Part shown: positions 34,898-46,518 of the stretch, one piece after another
How the letters are laid out: each line of letters begins with the position of its first letter
Position numbering within the stretch: the stretch's first letter is position 1
Source of the DNA: Caecitellus pseudoparvulus
Lineage: Eukaryota > Protista > Bigyra: Bicosoecida
NCBI GenBank assembly: GCA_965644315.1
Contig: CBFFRQ010000091.1
Span: 79,793-143,792 of the forward strand
Length of the DNA: 64,000 nt
Reading direction: 5' to 3'
Made by a program: the position numbers and the translations under genes
The notes under the pieces: model-generated
What the model saw: the letters and a program-made list of their open reading frames with translations, nothing else
The model's database searches: none
What the model was told of the DNA's origin: nothing

Positions 34898-36878
34898 TTA
34901 CATGTCTGGCGCCTGGGGTGCGCGGGGCTTGGGCCCGCCTGCCTGCTTGGCCATGATGATCTGGTCCACGCGCAGCACTGTGATGGCGGCGTCGAAGGCC
35001 AGGCGCAGGGCACTGATCTTGACGGCGGCGCTGTCCAGAATGCCGTCCGCCGCACCGTCCACGACGGAGCCACGGTCGTCCCCCATGACGTTCACGCAGG
35101 CCGACACCTGCCCGCCCGCATGCGCTGCGTACAGCGCCGCCATGGTCTCGCTGGCCTTCAGCCCCGCGTTCTCCGCCAGTGTGCGTGGGACGACCTCGAA
35201 TGCCTCAGCGAAGGCACGGATGGCGTACTGCTCCAGGCCGGGCGTGCTGCTGGCCAGGGTGGTCAGCTGGTGCGCCAGCTCAGTCTCTGTCGCGCCGCCG
35301 CCGGGCAGCAGGCGTGGGTCGCGGCACAGCTGCTTGGCCACCGCCGTCGCGTCGTCCACGCTGCGGGCGACGTCCTCCAGGAAGCTCTGCGTGGCACCCC
35401 GCAGGACAATGGTGGCGATGCCGCTGTCCTCCGCCTCGTCCTGGCGGAACACCGTCACGCGGCGCGAGGCGATCTCCTGCACCTCCACAGCCGTGGCGTG
35501 GCCCAGTTCCTCCGGCACGGGGGGCCCCACACGCACGAGGGCGGTGGCGCCGATGGCCCGGCACAGGCGGCGCAGCTCGAACTTGGACACTACCTTCACC
35601 ACCATGAGCCCGTACTTCTCCAGGAAGTGCAGGGCGATCTCCGAGACGGAGCCGCCAGAGACCACCACCTTGGCGCCCGTGGCGGCGATGGCGGCAATGG
35701 TGCTCTCCATGGCTGCCTCTTCGCCCTTGGTGAAGTCACGCAGCTGGTCGGCGTCCTTCAGCACGACGGTGCCCTTGGTGTCGGCCTCCATGGCCTCGAT
35801 GCCCACGGAGAAGACGGCGATGGGCGCGTCGGAGACGGCCTTCACGGTACCCTCAGTGTCGCGGCGCACCACTGCGCCAGTGACGACGGCGGAGTTGCCG
35901 ATGGTGCCGCCAACCATGGGGCTGACACGGACGCTGTCCACGTTCACGGCAGGCGCCTTGGGGGCCGCCGGCATGACGGTCGTGGCGGCCTGCGCCACCA
36001 ACGGCGCGATGATGTCCTCGTACCCGAACTGCTTGGATGCGATGACAGGCTTGAGCATGGCGGTCATGCTCGCGACGTCGCGGGGCGCCTCCAGCTTCTG
36101 CACGGCCAGGGAATCCAAGACCTCCAGGGCTTTCTTGGATGCGTTGGTGTAGCCTGAGACGATCTCAGAGGGGTGCACGCCCTGATGAGGGGGGAGGGGG
36201 GCAGGCGTAGTGCACAGCGTGAGCCAGAAACGCTGCGTGAAACGCCGGCACACGCACCGTGCGCAGCAGCTCCTCGGCCTTGCTCAGCAGCTCGCCAGCA
36301 ATGGTCACAACAAGGTTAGTTCCGTCACCCATCTGTGGGGCGAGTGGGGGGGCAGTGGCGAAACCTGGCCCGCGCGCAAGGTCGACTTCGCGCTCTCACC
36401 TCCTGCTCCTGCATCTTTGCCGCCAGCACCAGCATGCGCGCAGCGGGGTGCTGCACCTCCAGCTCACTGCACACTGTCGCAGCATCACCAGTCACGAAGA
36501 TGCGCTCCAAGTGGTTGATGACCTGTGGAGCGGCCGTGCTAGGGCAGGGGTGAGCAGCAGCAAGGGCACAGCCGGGCACTCAGCACAACGGCACAGCGCA
36601 ACGGCATGGCTTGTCAGTACCTGCCGTGCTGAGCCTGTGCCCCGCGCCGCGGGGCACGAAACACACAGCACAGGCATGAAGTGCAAACAACATGTAGCAC
36701 ACACCAGCTTGTTCATGCCGTTGGGGCCCAAGGAAGTCTTGGTGATGTCGGACAACTTCTTGGCCGCCTCGATGTTGCGGAGCACTGCCTCCTCCACGCC
36801 AGAGAAGTGCTTGAAGCCCTTCTTCAGCAGGCCGCTGACACCTGGGCGCCCTGTTTGAAAGCGCATCTTGCCGCTCAT
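34898..36878 (-). CDS. CCT8: T-complex protein 1 subunit theta (4 exons)
   Basis: LLKKGFKHFSGVEEAVLRNIEA, TSLGPNGMNKL|VINHLERIFVTGDAAT, EQE|MGDGTNLV, GVHPSEI, SKFELRRLC, PGGGATE, VLRVDQIIMAKQAGGPKP (theta-specific C-terminus). Confidence 0.96.
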
Positions 36879-37966
36879 GGTTGGCGCAGGTGACGGGTCT
36901 GGGTGGCTTGCAACAGGTGGGGTCCGTTCGCAGGCGATATCTAGTGCAACGCAGGTGAAACGCTGGCTGCACTCTAAAGTGAACTACGCCACATGCAAAC
37001 AGCTGAGCGTGGGGTGGGTGCTTGGTAAATTAAATATATGCTCCTACTGAACCTGTGCGCAGCCAGCGTTTGTCAGGGTGTCCCACTGCCTGGGCACCTT
37101 CACTTAGGGCCTCCTGGTCTTTGATCCAGTCCGTACAGGTGCGAGCGCCAAGTGTCCATTGGCTTGCACTGCAGAAGAAAGCGCGAACGAAATTCCCGTT
37201 CCAGTGCCCAGAAAGGGATTTGCAGTGCAAGAAATGCTGCCAGTTCCAGACTGTGGCCTTTTCTGGCGTGCGTGTGCCCGAGCTTGCTAGGCATTAGCGG
37301 CCGCTCGCCCAACTGCCGCAGCTCGTACATTCTAAAATCCTACCATCAAACTTGCTCGGAATGTAAGCGTTGCATGGCATGCAGTAGCCCTGACTGCTGC
37401 TGGCGGCAGAGGCAGGCTGCGGGGAAGTTGCTCAAGAACAAAGGTCCGGCTGTCACAGATCCGGCAGACGCTCCATGTCGGGCCAGACATGTGCCACGGG
37501 CATGCTTTCGACGGCACCATCATCAGCACAAGCAACAGATATCCCGTGTCCCTGTCTCGGCGGGGCGGCTCAAGGTGGTGCGAGCGATGGCGGAGCCAAG
37601 GACAGCAGACGCAAGCCACGGCCTCACATTGATGCCTAATCGCACACCGCCATCCCCACGCTCTACCCTCACTCTGCCCTGTCCATGGACCACACCCACA
37701 GGCGAGGCAAGTGCGTGGGGAGCGGTGAGAACAAAGAGGCTGGCGATGCAACGTAGTTCGAACACCGGCACGCATACTCCAAACACACCACACTCTCCCG
37801 CCTCTAACGCTGCAATGTCTGCATTCTTCACTCACTGCACTCTCAAAATCAGAACACAAGATCCCCGTGCAAACCGCTCTGAGGAGACAAAGTCCGACTC
37901 CAGCCTGCAAAGGCCATCAACAAAGCGCAGTCAGCACTGGCAAGGAGGAATGTGGCAACAGCGGAG

Positions 37967-40900
37967 CTACTCTGACTTCGGCAACTGCCTCCGAGGCAAG
38001 GGCGATGACTCTTCAATACTGACTGAAAGGTGGGATTCCAGTGACTTCATCTCGGGGGGCAGGAACCCGTCCTTAAACACTCCGAAGAAGCCAGGGATCT
38101 CAACGGCCTGTAAGTCATGGTGCTCTTTTCCCTCGTCCTGGCCCTTGGATGTGCAATAGATGAAGTAGACCTTCACATCATCTTCAGATCGGATTAGTGT
38201 CATGAGAGGAGGCTCCGTGCTGCTCCCAACCTGTGCATCAGAGTGGGGCTGCACTTCCATGGCCTCAGCCTCAACGCCAGGCATGTCGGACGCTGCTTCG
38301 GATGCCTCACTGACGTCGTCGGCGGCCTCTTGCCCAAGGTCTGTGGGTGACGCACTTTCCTCGAAAATAGCTGCTGAGAGCACTGGATCTCTGGCAGCTT
38401 GAGTTGTCGCCAGTCGAAGCAACTCTGCCGTGGCCGCCCCAACTTGCTGACGTTGCTCCTCACCCAGCATCGTCGGATCTGTGGTTATCCCGGTGAAGTG
38501 GCCGGTGGTCGCACGTGCCTCAATTGTGCAGTTCAGGTCAATGGGGACCCCAAACATCCACAAGATGGAGTTCGCCATCGTTGTCTTCTGCTGACCTCGC
38601 TTCCCAGCTGCCTGCGTGAACTTCACCCTGTTCCCGTCCAATTCTGTGTGGTAGTTCAGATTGCACGCAAGGTTGGCAATGTCTTTTAGCGTGTTCGGAA
38701 GCTTCAACTTCTTCAAGTCTTTCGGGGGGACGCCGGCGAACTTCAGCTTCTCCAGGGTTCTCCCGTAACCGTGCACGGACAGGGAAGAAATGGTGGTCTC
38801 GATGAAGGCCACCTCCAGCTGCCCCTGCTCCGACTCCTTCGGCCGTCTGAATACAACGAAGTCAACTGCTGGAAAGACGTGGGGAGTGCGCACCACATGC
38901 GTGTTCCCAGGCTCCAGGTTCTGCACAATCTGCACGTCCATTGGAGACAAGCCAGCCCCTGTCACCTCAAGCTTGACCCTTTCCGCCGGGAACGAGTCCT
39001 TGTCCAGCCCAAAGGAGTACGTCCGCAGCATCTCAATCGGGGGCTCGCCAGCATCCTTCGACAGTGGCGTGTACTCTGATCCGAACAGCCCCAGCTCCAA
39101 CAGGGTCGTCACCGAGTCCTCGAACAGTTGCCCTGTGCCAAAGTCGGTCGCCCCTGACAGCAATGCCTCCCACGCCTTCTTCTTCGCCGGGTCGTGGCGG
39201 TTACTCGCAGCTTCTGTGTGCTTCTGGAACAGAGCTCGCATGTAGGCGTGCCTCGCTGTGTGCGACGAAAATTCCACATTGTCCTCCAACGCAAGCTTGT
39301 TCGGTCTTATCCTCGAGAGGATCGAGGACGCTGCCAAGGAGTGATTCCAAAACACCGACAGTCCACCCGCGTTGCCCGCAAGCTCCTTGAGCGACTTGTC
39401 GGAGAAATGATCGAAACAGCGACTCTGCATGCTCTCCATGCTTTCCTTCCAAGCGTCATGGAGCACGTTGAAGAACCACTCTTCTGGGTTCGCCGCCAAT
39501 CCACGCTCTTTCAACAAACTGGCGATTTCAGCTTTACTCTTACTGCGATCCTCGATCTTTCTACGATCCTTCTCCTGGTCGCCTGCAATCTTGACAACCC
39601 GACGCAAACTCCGAGGAACCCCGCCCAACGAATGGATCAGTTTCCGAAGGAGCTCCCGTTGTTTGTCGTCTTTCACGACAGTCAAGGCAAGGGGCGGAAG
39701 CTGAAGCGAAGTGTCTTCACCCGCCCAACTGTCAATAACCCGTGCTTTCTTGCCTGTATACGTAAGCCCCTCAGGCACCTCATACTCGGCCGGCCCCAGC
39801 ATGAGCTTGAGCGCCAAGCTCGGGTCCAGCCGCTGCATCTCGAAGAAGGGGTGCTCTTTGTCAGCTGAAGAGGACGTGTCAAAAGCCTTGTTCAATGTCT
39901 GGTTCGTCTGACGGAGTGCTGCAGCGTGGAAGTCAGGGGAAAAGGCGACCACCTTGCTCGCACTTGAGTTCCAGCTCATCAAGCGCTTCAGCGATTCCCA
40001 CCACCTTACATGCTCCGTATGCTTCTTCACCAGCTGCCTGTGCAGGCGGTTGGCTTCATCAATGATGAAAGCACTTGGCAACCCCCCCTTCTCGATTGGT
40101 GTGTAGTCACCTGCGTTGTATATTGAGTCTTCCACGAAAGCTCGGAGGAACGCATGGTGTGCATCGGTACCATGCATGCCAATCTCAGCAATCTGCTGAC
40201 ACAGCTCGGGAGTCCGCACACTCCTGCCACATGAGAACGAGAATCCCCCCTGAAGAAGTCGCTCAAGGAGCTTGTCAAACTTGTCAGAGTTTGGAGCGAG
40301 CACTTCTGACTCTGACAAGTACATGACATCGCCCCCAGCCCCGATCCCGATCATCGCTGCAAGAGCCCGCAGAGAAGCAGACTTCCCCGTCCCGTGCACG
40401 GCAGTTGTCATGGTACCAAGCTGTGCTCCAAGGCAGTTGTATGCTGCCTTCACGAGCAGCTTTGCACGTGAGCGAGTCAGAACATACGTCGTAAACGTCA
40501 ACTCCTCTAGTGGCACTTCAGACTCAGGCAGGTGAAGGAAGCCGTGTGCACCGGGCCTCAAGCCTGGCAATGTCACCCCGTCCAGCGGGAGGCTGGTCAA
40601 GTCAGTTTTCTCGTCTTTGAGCAGGAAAGGCAGCGATACCCAGATGGGAATTCGCAGCACTGCAGCTTTGAACTCGCCGTCGACAAAGATAGGGTAGCAT
40701 CCAGTGCTCCACTTGATGTCCTTCACTGGGTCAACGCTATCCTTGAACTTTTTGTCTTTCTTAAGTCGCGCTGCGGTCAAGGGTGACTCGGGGCGAAAGG
40801 CATGCACGACGTCCCAGTACCACGCATCTTGGGTGGTGAAGGCACGTTCAACATTGAGCAGCCAGCCAAAGTTGTCAGTCAATATTTTATGCTTCTTTCG

Positions 40901-42271
40901 GTTCATCTTAAGGAGCCTGTCGATGTAGCTTGCATCCGTGACCCCCGCGGTCTTGAGCAGCGCTCGAGCCTTGGCCTTGCCGTTTCGTTTCGCAATCAAG
41001 AGTGCGCGAAGCGGGAGCCCCAAATTCACGACCTTGTGCTTCCGCACTGCTTCGTTGAACCACGCAGAGCGGATAGCCTTCTCAAGTTGCTTTGGAAGCC
41101 TCGAATCTGGCAAGTGCTCAGGGGCCTCAGACACCAACTTCCTGCTGTACTCGGCGGGGTCGTGTGCCGCCAGGCTTGACACTGATTGGTTACAGAGGTT
41201 GAACACAATGTGAGTCCGCTCGTCAGGGGACTTATGGTGCTGCAACATTTCCATGGATGTGCTGATGATTCCACTTTCCTTCAAAATCTTCCACAGCTCG
41301 GGCCCCGCCTTGGCCTGTGCAAAGCAAAGGAAGAAGCCGAAGTGCAAAAATATCAGCAAACAGGCAAGTCAAATGCTCAACTCACTTCACATGCTTGCAT
41401 AGCACTCTTCGTGTCTGCAATTAACTTTCGTCTCTTCGCTTGCTCAGCTTTCAGTGCCTTCTGCCTCTCCACTTGCTCAGCTTCCAGTGCCTTTTGCCTC
41501 TCCACTCGCTCAGCTTGACTTACCTCTCGGCGTCGATTGAGTTCTTCGTTCAGAGCGTTGTCTGCTTCGAGACGCTGCGTGTAATACTCCCCTGCTTTGG
41601 CCAGCATATCTGGCAGATCTATGACCCAAGCCTTCGAGCTGGCGTTCTGCAGCTCGATACCCAGGTCTGTGAGGTAGTTTTCGCCCCTGGCCAGCCTCAA
41701 TGAAGCATTGATCGGAACGGACAGCAGAGACGAAAGGAGTTGCGTCTGCACGTCCATGGCATTCTTCTCCGTCCGAAGCGCGAACTCAAGTTGACGTATG
41801 AAGCCGCATGAAGCGAAGGTCTGGAACAGGAGAGTGTCAGGAGGCGTCTGGGAAGAAAGCGAAGTCGAGTGAAGGGTGTGGTGACTCGCCCAAGCACGGC
41901 CCGCGCGCAAGGTCACGCACCTCCAGCTTCTCGAGGGCTGCCAGAGCCAGTCTTAGTGGAAGCTCTCCTTGTGTTTCTTCAAGCTCAGACAAAGCCACAA
42001 GCAACTTCTCCCTCTTCTTCTCCGGAAGCTGTCCCCACCATGACGTGCTCGGAAGCACATCGCTGGCCAACCGAGGCCCCTCCACTGCAGCACTAGCCAC
42101 AGATGAAGCATGACGCACCAGGCTGGGTGCCTTGTGCGCCTGGGGTGCGTGTGGTGGAGGCCAAAGCACTGGAGCAGGAGCAAATTCCGCCCCAACACTG
42201 CGCAACGCCAACAAGGGCCGCAATGACGCCCCCAGGCCACGGGACAAAGCCAAGACAGCCTTCAAACTCAT
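37967..42271 (-). CDS. Crinkler/RHS (CR)-type P-loop NTPase + PD-(D/E)xK restriction-endonuclease-fold protein, ~1377 aa, with presequence-like N-terminus; exons 41921..42271, 41386..41820, 37967..41314
   Basis: Walker A AVHGTGKS (~40380-40403), Walker B FIIDEAN (~40050-40070), LGGVPRSL, then GQLFE, FPAVDFVVF and AFIETTIS nuclease-fold motifs. Phase-0 introns 41821..41920 (gtgcgt..ctgac..ttccag) and 41315..41385 (gtgagt..gcacag) join three ORFs in frame. Confidence 0.72.
41439..41516 (-). repeat. 33-bp coding tandem repeat (~2.4 copies), AEQVERQKAL(E/K) coiled coil
   Basis: cttgctcagcttYcagtgccttYtgcctctcca with period 33. Confidence 0.85.
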
Positions 42272-43539
42272 GCTACGCCGTCGATGTGTGCAGATTCCGA
42301 CGATGCTCGCTCACTCGTCAAGGCCGTGCTGGTGCGGAAGCGTGCCGACTCCGAGCAGCGCAGAGCTGCACAGAGCGGAGGTGAGGCAGGGTTCAACACA
42401 ATGCCCCAAGCGTACAGTACACAGGCTGTGCTATTTGAGTTGCGGGAATCCCGATTGTTGTTTGTTTGCTTCCATATCACCGTTGCACAGCCCTAGCAAG
42501 CCAGTTGGGACATGAGATGGTGCTTTTCGATGTGCGAATGATGTAAAAATGCGTCTGAAGGTGCAGACGCAAAGGAAGCACCGCCAAATCTTGAACGAAG
42601 ACACGTGGCGCCTGCACTAGCAGACAAGACGAACAATGTGGCCTCTGAGATCCCAGCAACTCGTCCCTCGCTTCACTCGCCCCCCGCACACAACGCGGAT
42701 GACGGCGAAGTATGTCAGCATTCAAACGGCCAAGCGCCAAACGACACTGAAGCCCCCACGAGGCATTCAACACAAGGAGCACGCTCTTGCACTTGTGGCC
42801 CTGTCGAGCACCGACACCGCAAGCAGCAAGCCTGCCTGCCAAGCTCTGCAAGCTTCCAGCGAGCAAGCTGCCGTGGCTACGATGTGGACGGACTCGCCCG
42901 CCACGATTGACGGATCTCACGCTACACCACGCAACGCACCGAGTCCAACAGCGGTCCATCTCACAAGCTGCACGGAGAGATGCTGTCCAAAGTGCGACTG
43001 AGTTGTGAACCTCGTGCAGTGCGGGCCAGGCTGCAAGGTAGCATGCTCGCACAGAGGCCAGCCACTGCCGGGCCCAAGCCCCGAACACTGCAGACCACCA
43101 AGTGGCCCCTCCTCAAACGACACCACACAGCGTATCTGTCCACACAAAGCCCATTCCACGTCAAGCCCTACCCTGTGATACCCCCGCAGGGTCCTTGCCC
43201 GCAGAGAGATTGAAGGCTGGCGCTGAGCTCGGCAGCCACGTACTTTGCCATTCTGCACCCACGACGGTGGTTACCGAGACCAAACCGTTAGCCCTTGCAT
43301 CACAAACACCAGGACACCTTTCTTGTGCTTTTAGTTTTCGTGTGAAGCGGCACTTGCAGCACTTCGTCAAGACGAAGAGACATGGATACCCGCACTCGAT
43401 TCTATTTGCCAGGCCAATGCACCCCCCCTCCCTAAAACGAATGAGGCCATTGAACTTGGGGGTTCTGTGACGACTGCGGGTGCGTCGAGGGTGCTCATCT
43501 GAGCTGTGTGTGCAGACGTACCCCCCTGTGCAGCATGCG

Positions 43540-46467
43540 ATGGCTGCCCCGCTGGTCCACATGCATGTGAAGGCGGGCCACGGGCAGCAACATTTGCTGG
43601 AGCTGTTGGAGGGACAGGACGCAGGGGAATGTGCAGCAGCCTTTGTTCGGCGTCATGGCCTCCCAGATCACGCTGCAGAGGTGCTGACAAGCCAGCTGGA
43701 GGCCCAGGCTGCGGTGGCCCGGCAAAAGCTGGCTGAGACTCGAAACGCGCGCGGCGAAACGCTGCCGAGGCAGGCCGCAGCGCCTCCCCCCTCGTGTGCT
43801 TCAGGCCAGCAGGAAAGCATAGATGCCGATAGATCTGATACGTACGAGGCGTCCATGTGGCGGGGCAGTGACGCTGATGCAGGGTCGGTCAGCGTGGGTT
43901 CGTTGGGAGATGTGACTTCAGCTTTGGGCCTGCCAAGCCCAAACGTCGCCGTGGCACCCGCTAACTCTCCAGGCGGGGGTAGTGCCATGACTGCCAGCTC
44001 CCGCATGATGGCCCAAGATGACTTTCAGCGGGAATTGCAGTTCAACGCGGTGCGCGAGGCAGCGGCGGCTGCCCTGGAGGCAACTGCGGCCAAAGCGCGC
44101 CGGCGCCCGCGCCCCCCCTCGGCGCCCACAGGCACTGACCCAGACGCCCCCATGCCGGCAGTGTACAACCGCCTGGTCAAAGATGCGCGTGACCGCGCGG
44201 CAGCAGAGCCTATGGCGGACACAGCGGAAGAGGCTCCTGCCAAGCCAGGGCTGCACCTGCGGCCACATCTGGACCGTGGCGCCCCTGAGTCGCCACCAGA
44301 GCACTCCTGGCCTGCCGTGCGACCGAGCAGTGAGCAGGATGCACGGAGTCTGCCCTCCTATGCTGCCAGCACGGTGTCACAAGGCAGTGCTGCGCAGGTG
44401 GCGTGGGCAGGGGGGCCGGGGGGGGCCGACCCGGGCAGGGCCGTTACTGGGTGGGTCTGCCCCGCCTGTGGCCACGCCAACTTGCCAGGGGAGGAGCTGT
44501 GCACTGCCTTGCTCAAGTGGGGTGCTGCTCTGCGGCACACTGACGGCCGAGTGCTGCGCTTCAAATCGGCACGGCGAAGGGGCGGCGGGGGGGGGACTGG
44601 TGCACCGGACCCGCCGCGGGCGGTTAGCCCGCCACCGGAGCAGCCTGCATCCCCAGCACCGCCGGCCCCCCTGCCCACCTTTTCGTTTCCATCGCCTGAC
44701 CAGGCTCTTACCGGCAAGGTGTCCCCGGCAGCCAGTGGGGTATCAGGCCACTCCCCCACCCAAGCTGCCGCAGCAAGGGCAAGTGTGCGGCCTGATGCAC
44801 GGCCTGGCCCAGAGCGAAGCACACAACCTGGACCGGAGGTGGACAGGGAGGCAGCCCCCCCTTCGCCCACGGAGCATGCCGCCAAGGCCAGCCAGGGCAT
44901 GTGGGCGGAGGATGTCATGCGCGGCAACGTGTTGGCGCCGGGCTGGCAGCGCGTGTGTGGCGCGCGCCGCCCGCACCACCACATGCCGCTCGTGTCCCGC
45001 CCCGCCCGCCCAGGCCACGTGCAGGCGCGTGCGGCAGCTGCCGCCCAGCGCAGGGAGGCGCTAGCACAGGAGGCCGCGGCCGCCGCGACCCGGGAGTGCA
45101 CCTTCGCACCGGCGCTGAACCGGCGGTCCCTGCGCCTGGCAGCCGCACGGGACAGGGCAGAGGCCGCATGGCAGAGCATGGCAGCGCAGGTGGGTGGCCC
45201 GGTGCCCGCCTCAGCCCGCTCGGTGCGCCAGGCGCCGCAGACCCTGCGTCTGCGCGTGACCAAGGCCCAGCCCGCCGCCGCTGGCGCCGCGCCCCCCCCG
45301 CCACAGGCCGCCAACACAGCCTGCCTGCACGCCCTGCATGCCGAGGCGGAGACACGGCGGGCGCGGCGGCGGCAGCTGCAAGCAGATGCTGCCGCAGCCG
45401 CGTCAGCCGCCGCTCGACCGCGCCCATCCCGCGCCAACGACGCGCTGGCCCAGGAGTTCGTGCGGCGCGTGGCGGCAGACACATTTGCACTGCTGGCTGC
45501 TGCAGCCAGGGTGCCTGCCGCAGACCGGGACCGGAAAGGTGCGGAGCTGGGGGCGTTGCTGGCACAATATGCAGCGGCGCTGCCGCCTGCACCACGTCTC
45601 TACCCCCCTGATCACCCGGGTGGCGCGTGGCTGGGCGTGTTGGCGCCGCCCCTCCAGCGCCACGCCAAGGCGGCAGTGGAAGCGGCTGGGCCACGGGGCG
45701 TGGATGTCCAGGGCTTCACCAAGGCATGGGTGCGGTCTCTGGCCCAGGCGCGGGCACGGGCCACGCGGGTGGTGCTGCCTCCAGGCCGCCCAGCCTGGGT
45801 CCTGGCTGGGAATGAGCTGAGGGCGCTGCAGCGGCAAGTGGTCAGGGCGCGGCAGACGCCGCCAACCTCCCCACCAGACACACCTGCCGCTGCGGAGCCA
45901 TTGGCAACCACCCAAGCAAGTGCTGCTGCCCAGGGCCACACGACGGCTGATGCTTCGTCCTCCCCGGCTCCCGCCGCCTCAGGCGACAGCAGCCAACATG
46001 ACGCAGAGAGCGAGCCTGGTGATGTGGCAGATGCAGCTGGTGCCACGTACAAGCCCCGGCTCAGCCGGGAGTCAAGGCGCCTCGTCGCAGTAGCCCGGGC
46101 GGCAGCCAAGTCCGCTGGGGAGCCAGCGCTGCCAGTGCACGAGCGCTTGCTGGCTCAGGGCCAGGAGTACGCCAAGCGCGCCGCAGCGCAAAGTGCCAAG
46201 GCCGCAGCTCAGGCTGCTGCTGGTGCACTACCTTCCCGGGCGCGCCATGCCCGGCGAGGCGCTGGTCCCAGCCGCATCCCCACCCGGACAGAGCCCCCGC
46301 CCTCACCCTCCCCAGTCCAGCGGCCACCCTCCCCCAGCAGCAGCTCCCTCGTGTCCCTGGATGACGTGGACTGGGTGGGAGGGGGCGCTGCCGAGCAGGG
46401 CAGTGCGCTGGCTGCTCTCGCGTCGTTCGACATGGGCAAGCTAGCCGCCTTGACAGGAGACCCCTAG
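43540..46467 (+). CDS. Hypothetical protein with PFU-like N-terminus, RanBP2-type Zn-finger-like motif and ECTF-P / VHERL motifs
   Basis: 975-codon ORF from ATG 43540: QDAGECAAAFVRRHGLP, WVCPACGHAN, ECTFAPALNRRS, TYKPRLSRES, VYNRL/VHERL (motifs I associate with protist cytoskeletal proteins). Confidence 0.6.
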   Translation: MAAPLVHMHVKAGHGQQHLLELLEGQDAGECAAAFVRRHGLPDHAAEVLTSQLEAQAAVARQKLAETRNARGETLPRQAAAPPPSCASGQQESIDADRSDTYEASMWRGSDADAGSVSVGSLGDVTSALGLPSPNVAVAPANSPGGGSAMTASSRMMAQDDFQRELQFNAVREAAAAALEATAAKARRRPRPPSAPTGTDPDAPMPAVYNRLVKDARDRAAAEPMADTAEEAPAKPGLHLRPHLDRGAPESPPEHSWPAVRPSSEQDARSLPSYAASTVSQGSAAQVAWAGGPGGADPGRAVTGWVCPACGHANLPGEELCTALLKWGAALRHTDGRVLRFKSARRRGGGGGTGAPDPPRAVSPPPEQPASPAPPAPLPTFSFPSPDQALTGKVSPAASGVSGHSPTQAAAARASVRPDARPGPERSTQPGPEVDREAAPPSPTEHAAKASQGMWAEDVMRGNVLAPGWQRVCGARRPHHHMPLVSRPARPGHVQARAAAAAQRREALAQEAAAAATRECTFAPALNRRSLRLAAARDRAEAAWQSMAAQVGGPVPASARSVRQAPQTLRLRVTKAQPAAAGAAPPPPQAANTACLHALHAEAETRRARRRQLQADAAAAASAAARPRPSRANDALAQEFVRRVAADTFALLAAAARVPAADRDRKGAELGALLAQYAAALPPAPRLYPPDHPGGAWLGVLAPPLQRHAKAAVEAAGPRGVDVQGFTKAWVRSLAQARARATRVVLPPGRPAWVLAGNELRALQRQVVRARQTPPTSPPDTPAAAEPLATTQASAAAQGHTTADASSSPAPAASGDSSQHDAESEPGDVADAAGATYKPRLSRESRRLVAVARAAAKSAGEPALPVHERLLAQGQEYAKRAAAQSAKAAAQAAAGALPSRARHARRGAGPSRIPTRTEPPPSPSPVQRPPSPSSSSLVSLDDVDWVGGGAAEQGSALAALASFDMGKLAALTGDP

Positions 46468-46493
46468 GGGGTGGGGGAGGAGGGGGGGCGCAC

Positions 46494-46505
46494 AATGCAT
46501 GCATT
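46494..46505. terminator. Palindromic AATGCATGCATT, candidate bidirectional poly(A) signal
   Basis: In the 51-nt gap between convergent stops 46467 and 46519. Confidence 0.45.
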
Positions 46506-46518
46506 CCAGCGGGGCGGC

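Noticed and set aside
34653-36157. Long antisense ORFs over CCT8 (and likewise over ISWI, VPS50, FARSA)
   Set aside because: Expected from high GC3; no independent protein features.
36880-43539. Classical transposon, LTR element, Polinton or virophage call
   Set aside because: No transposase, RT, integrase, capsid or polB motifs, and no terminal repeats or TSD found by eye.
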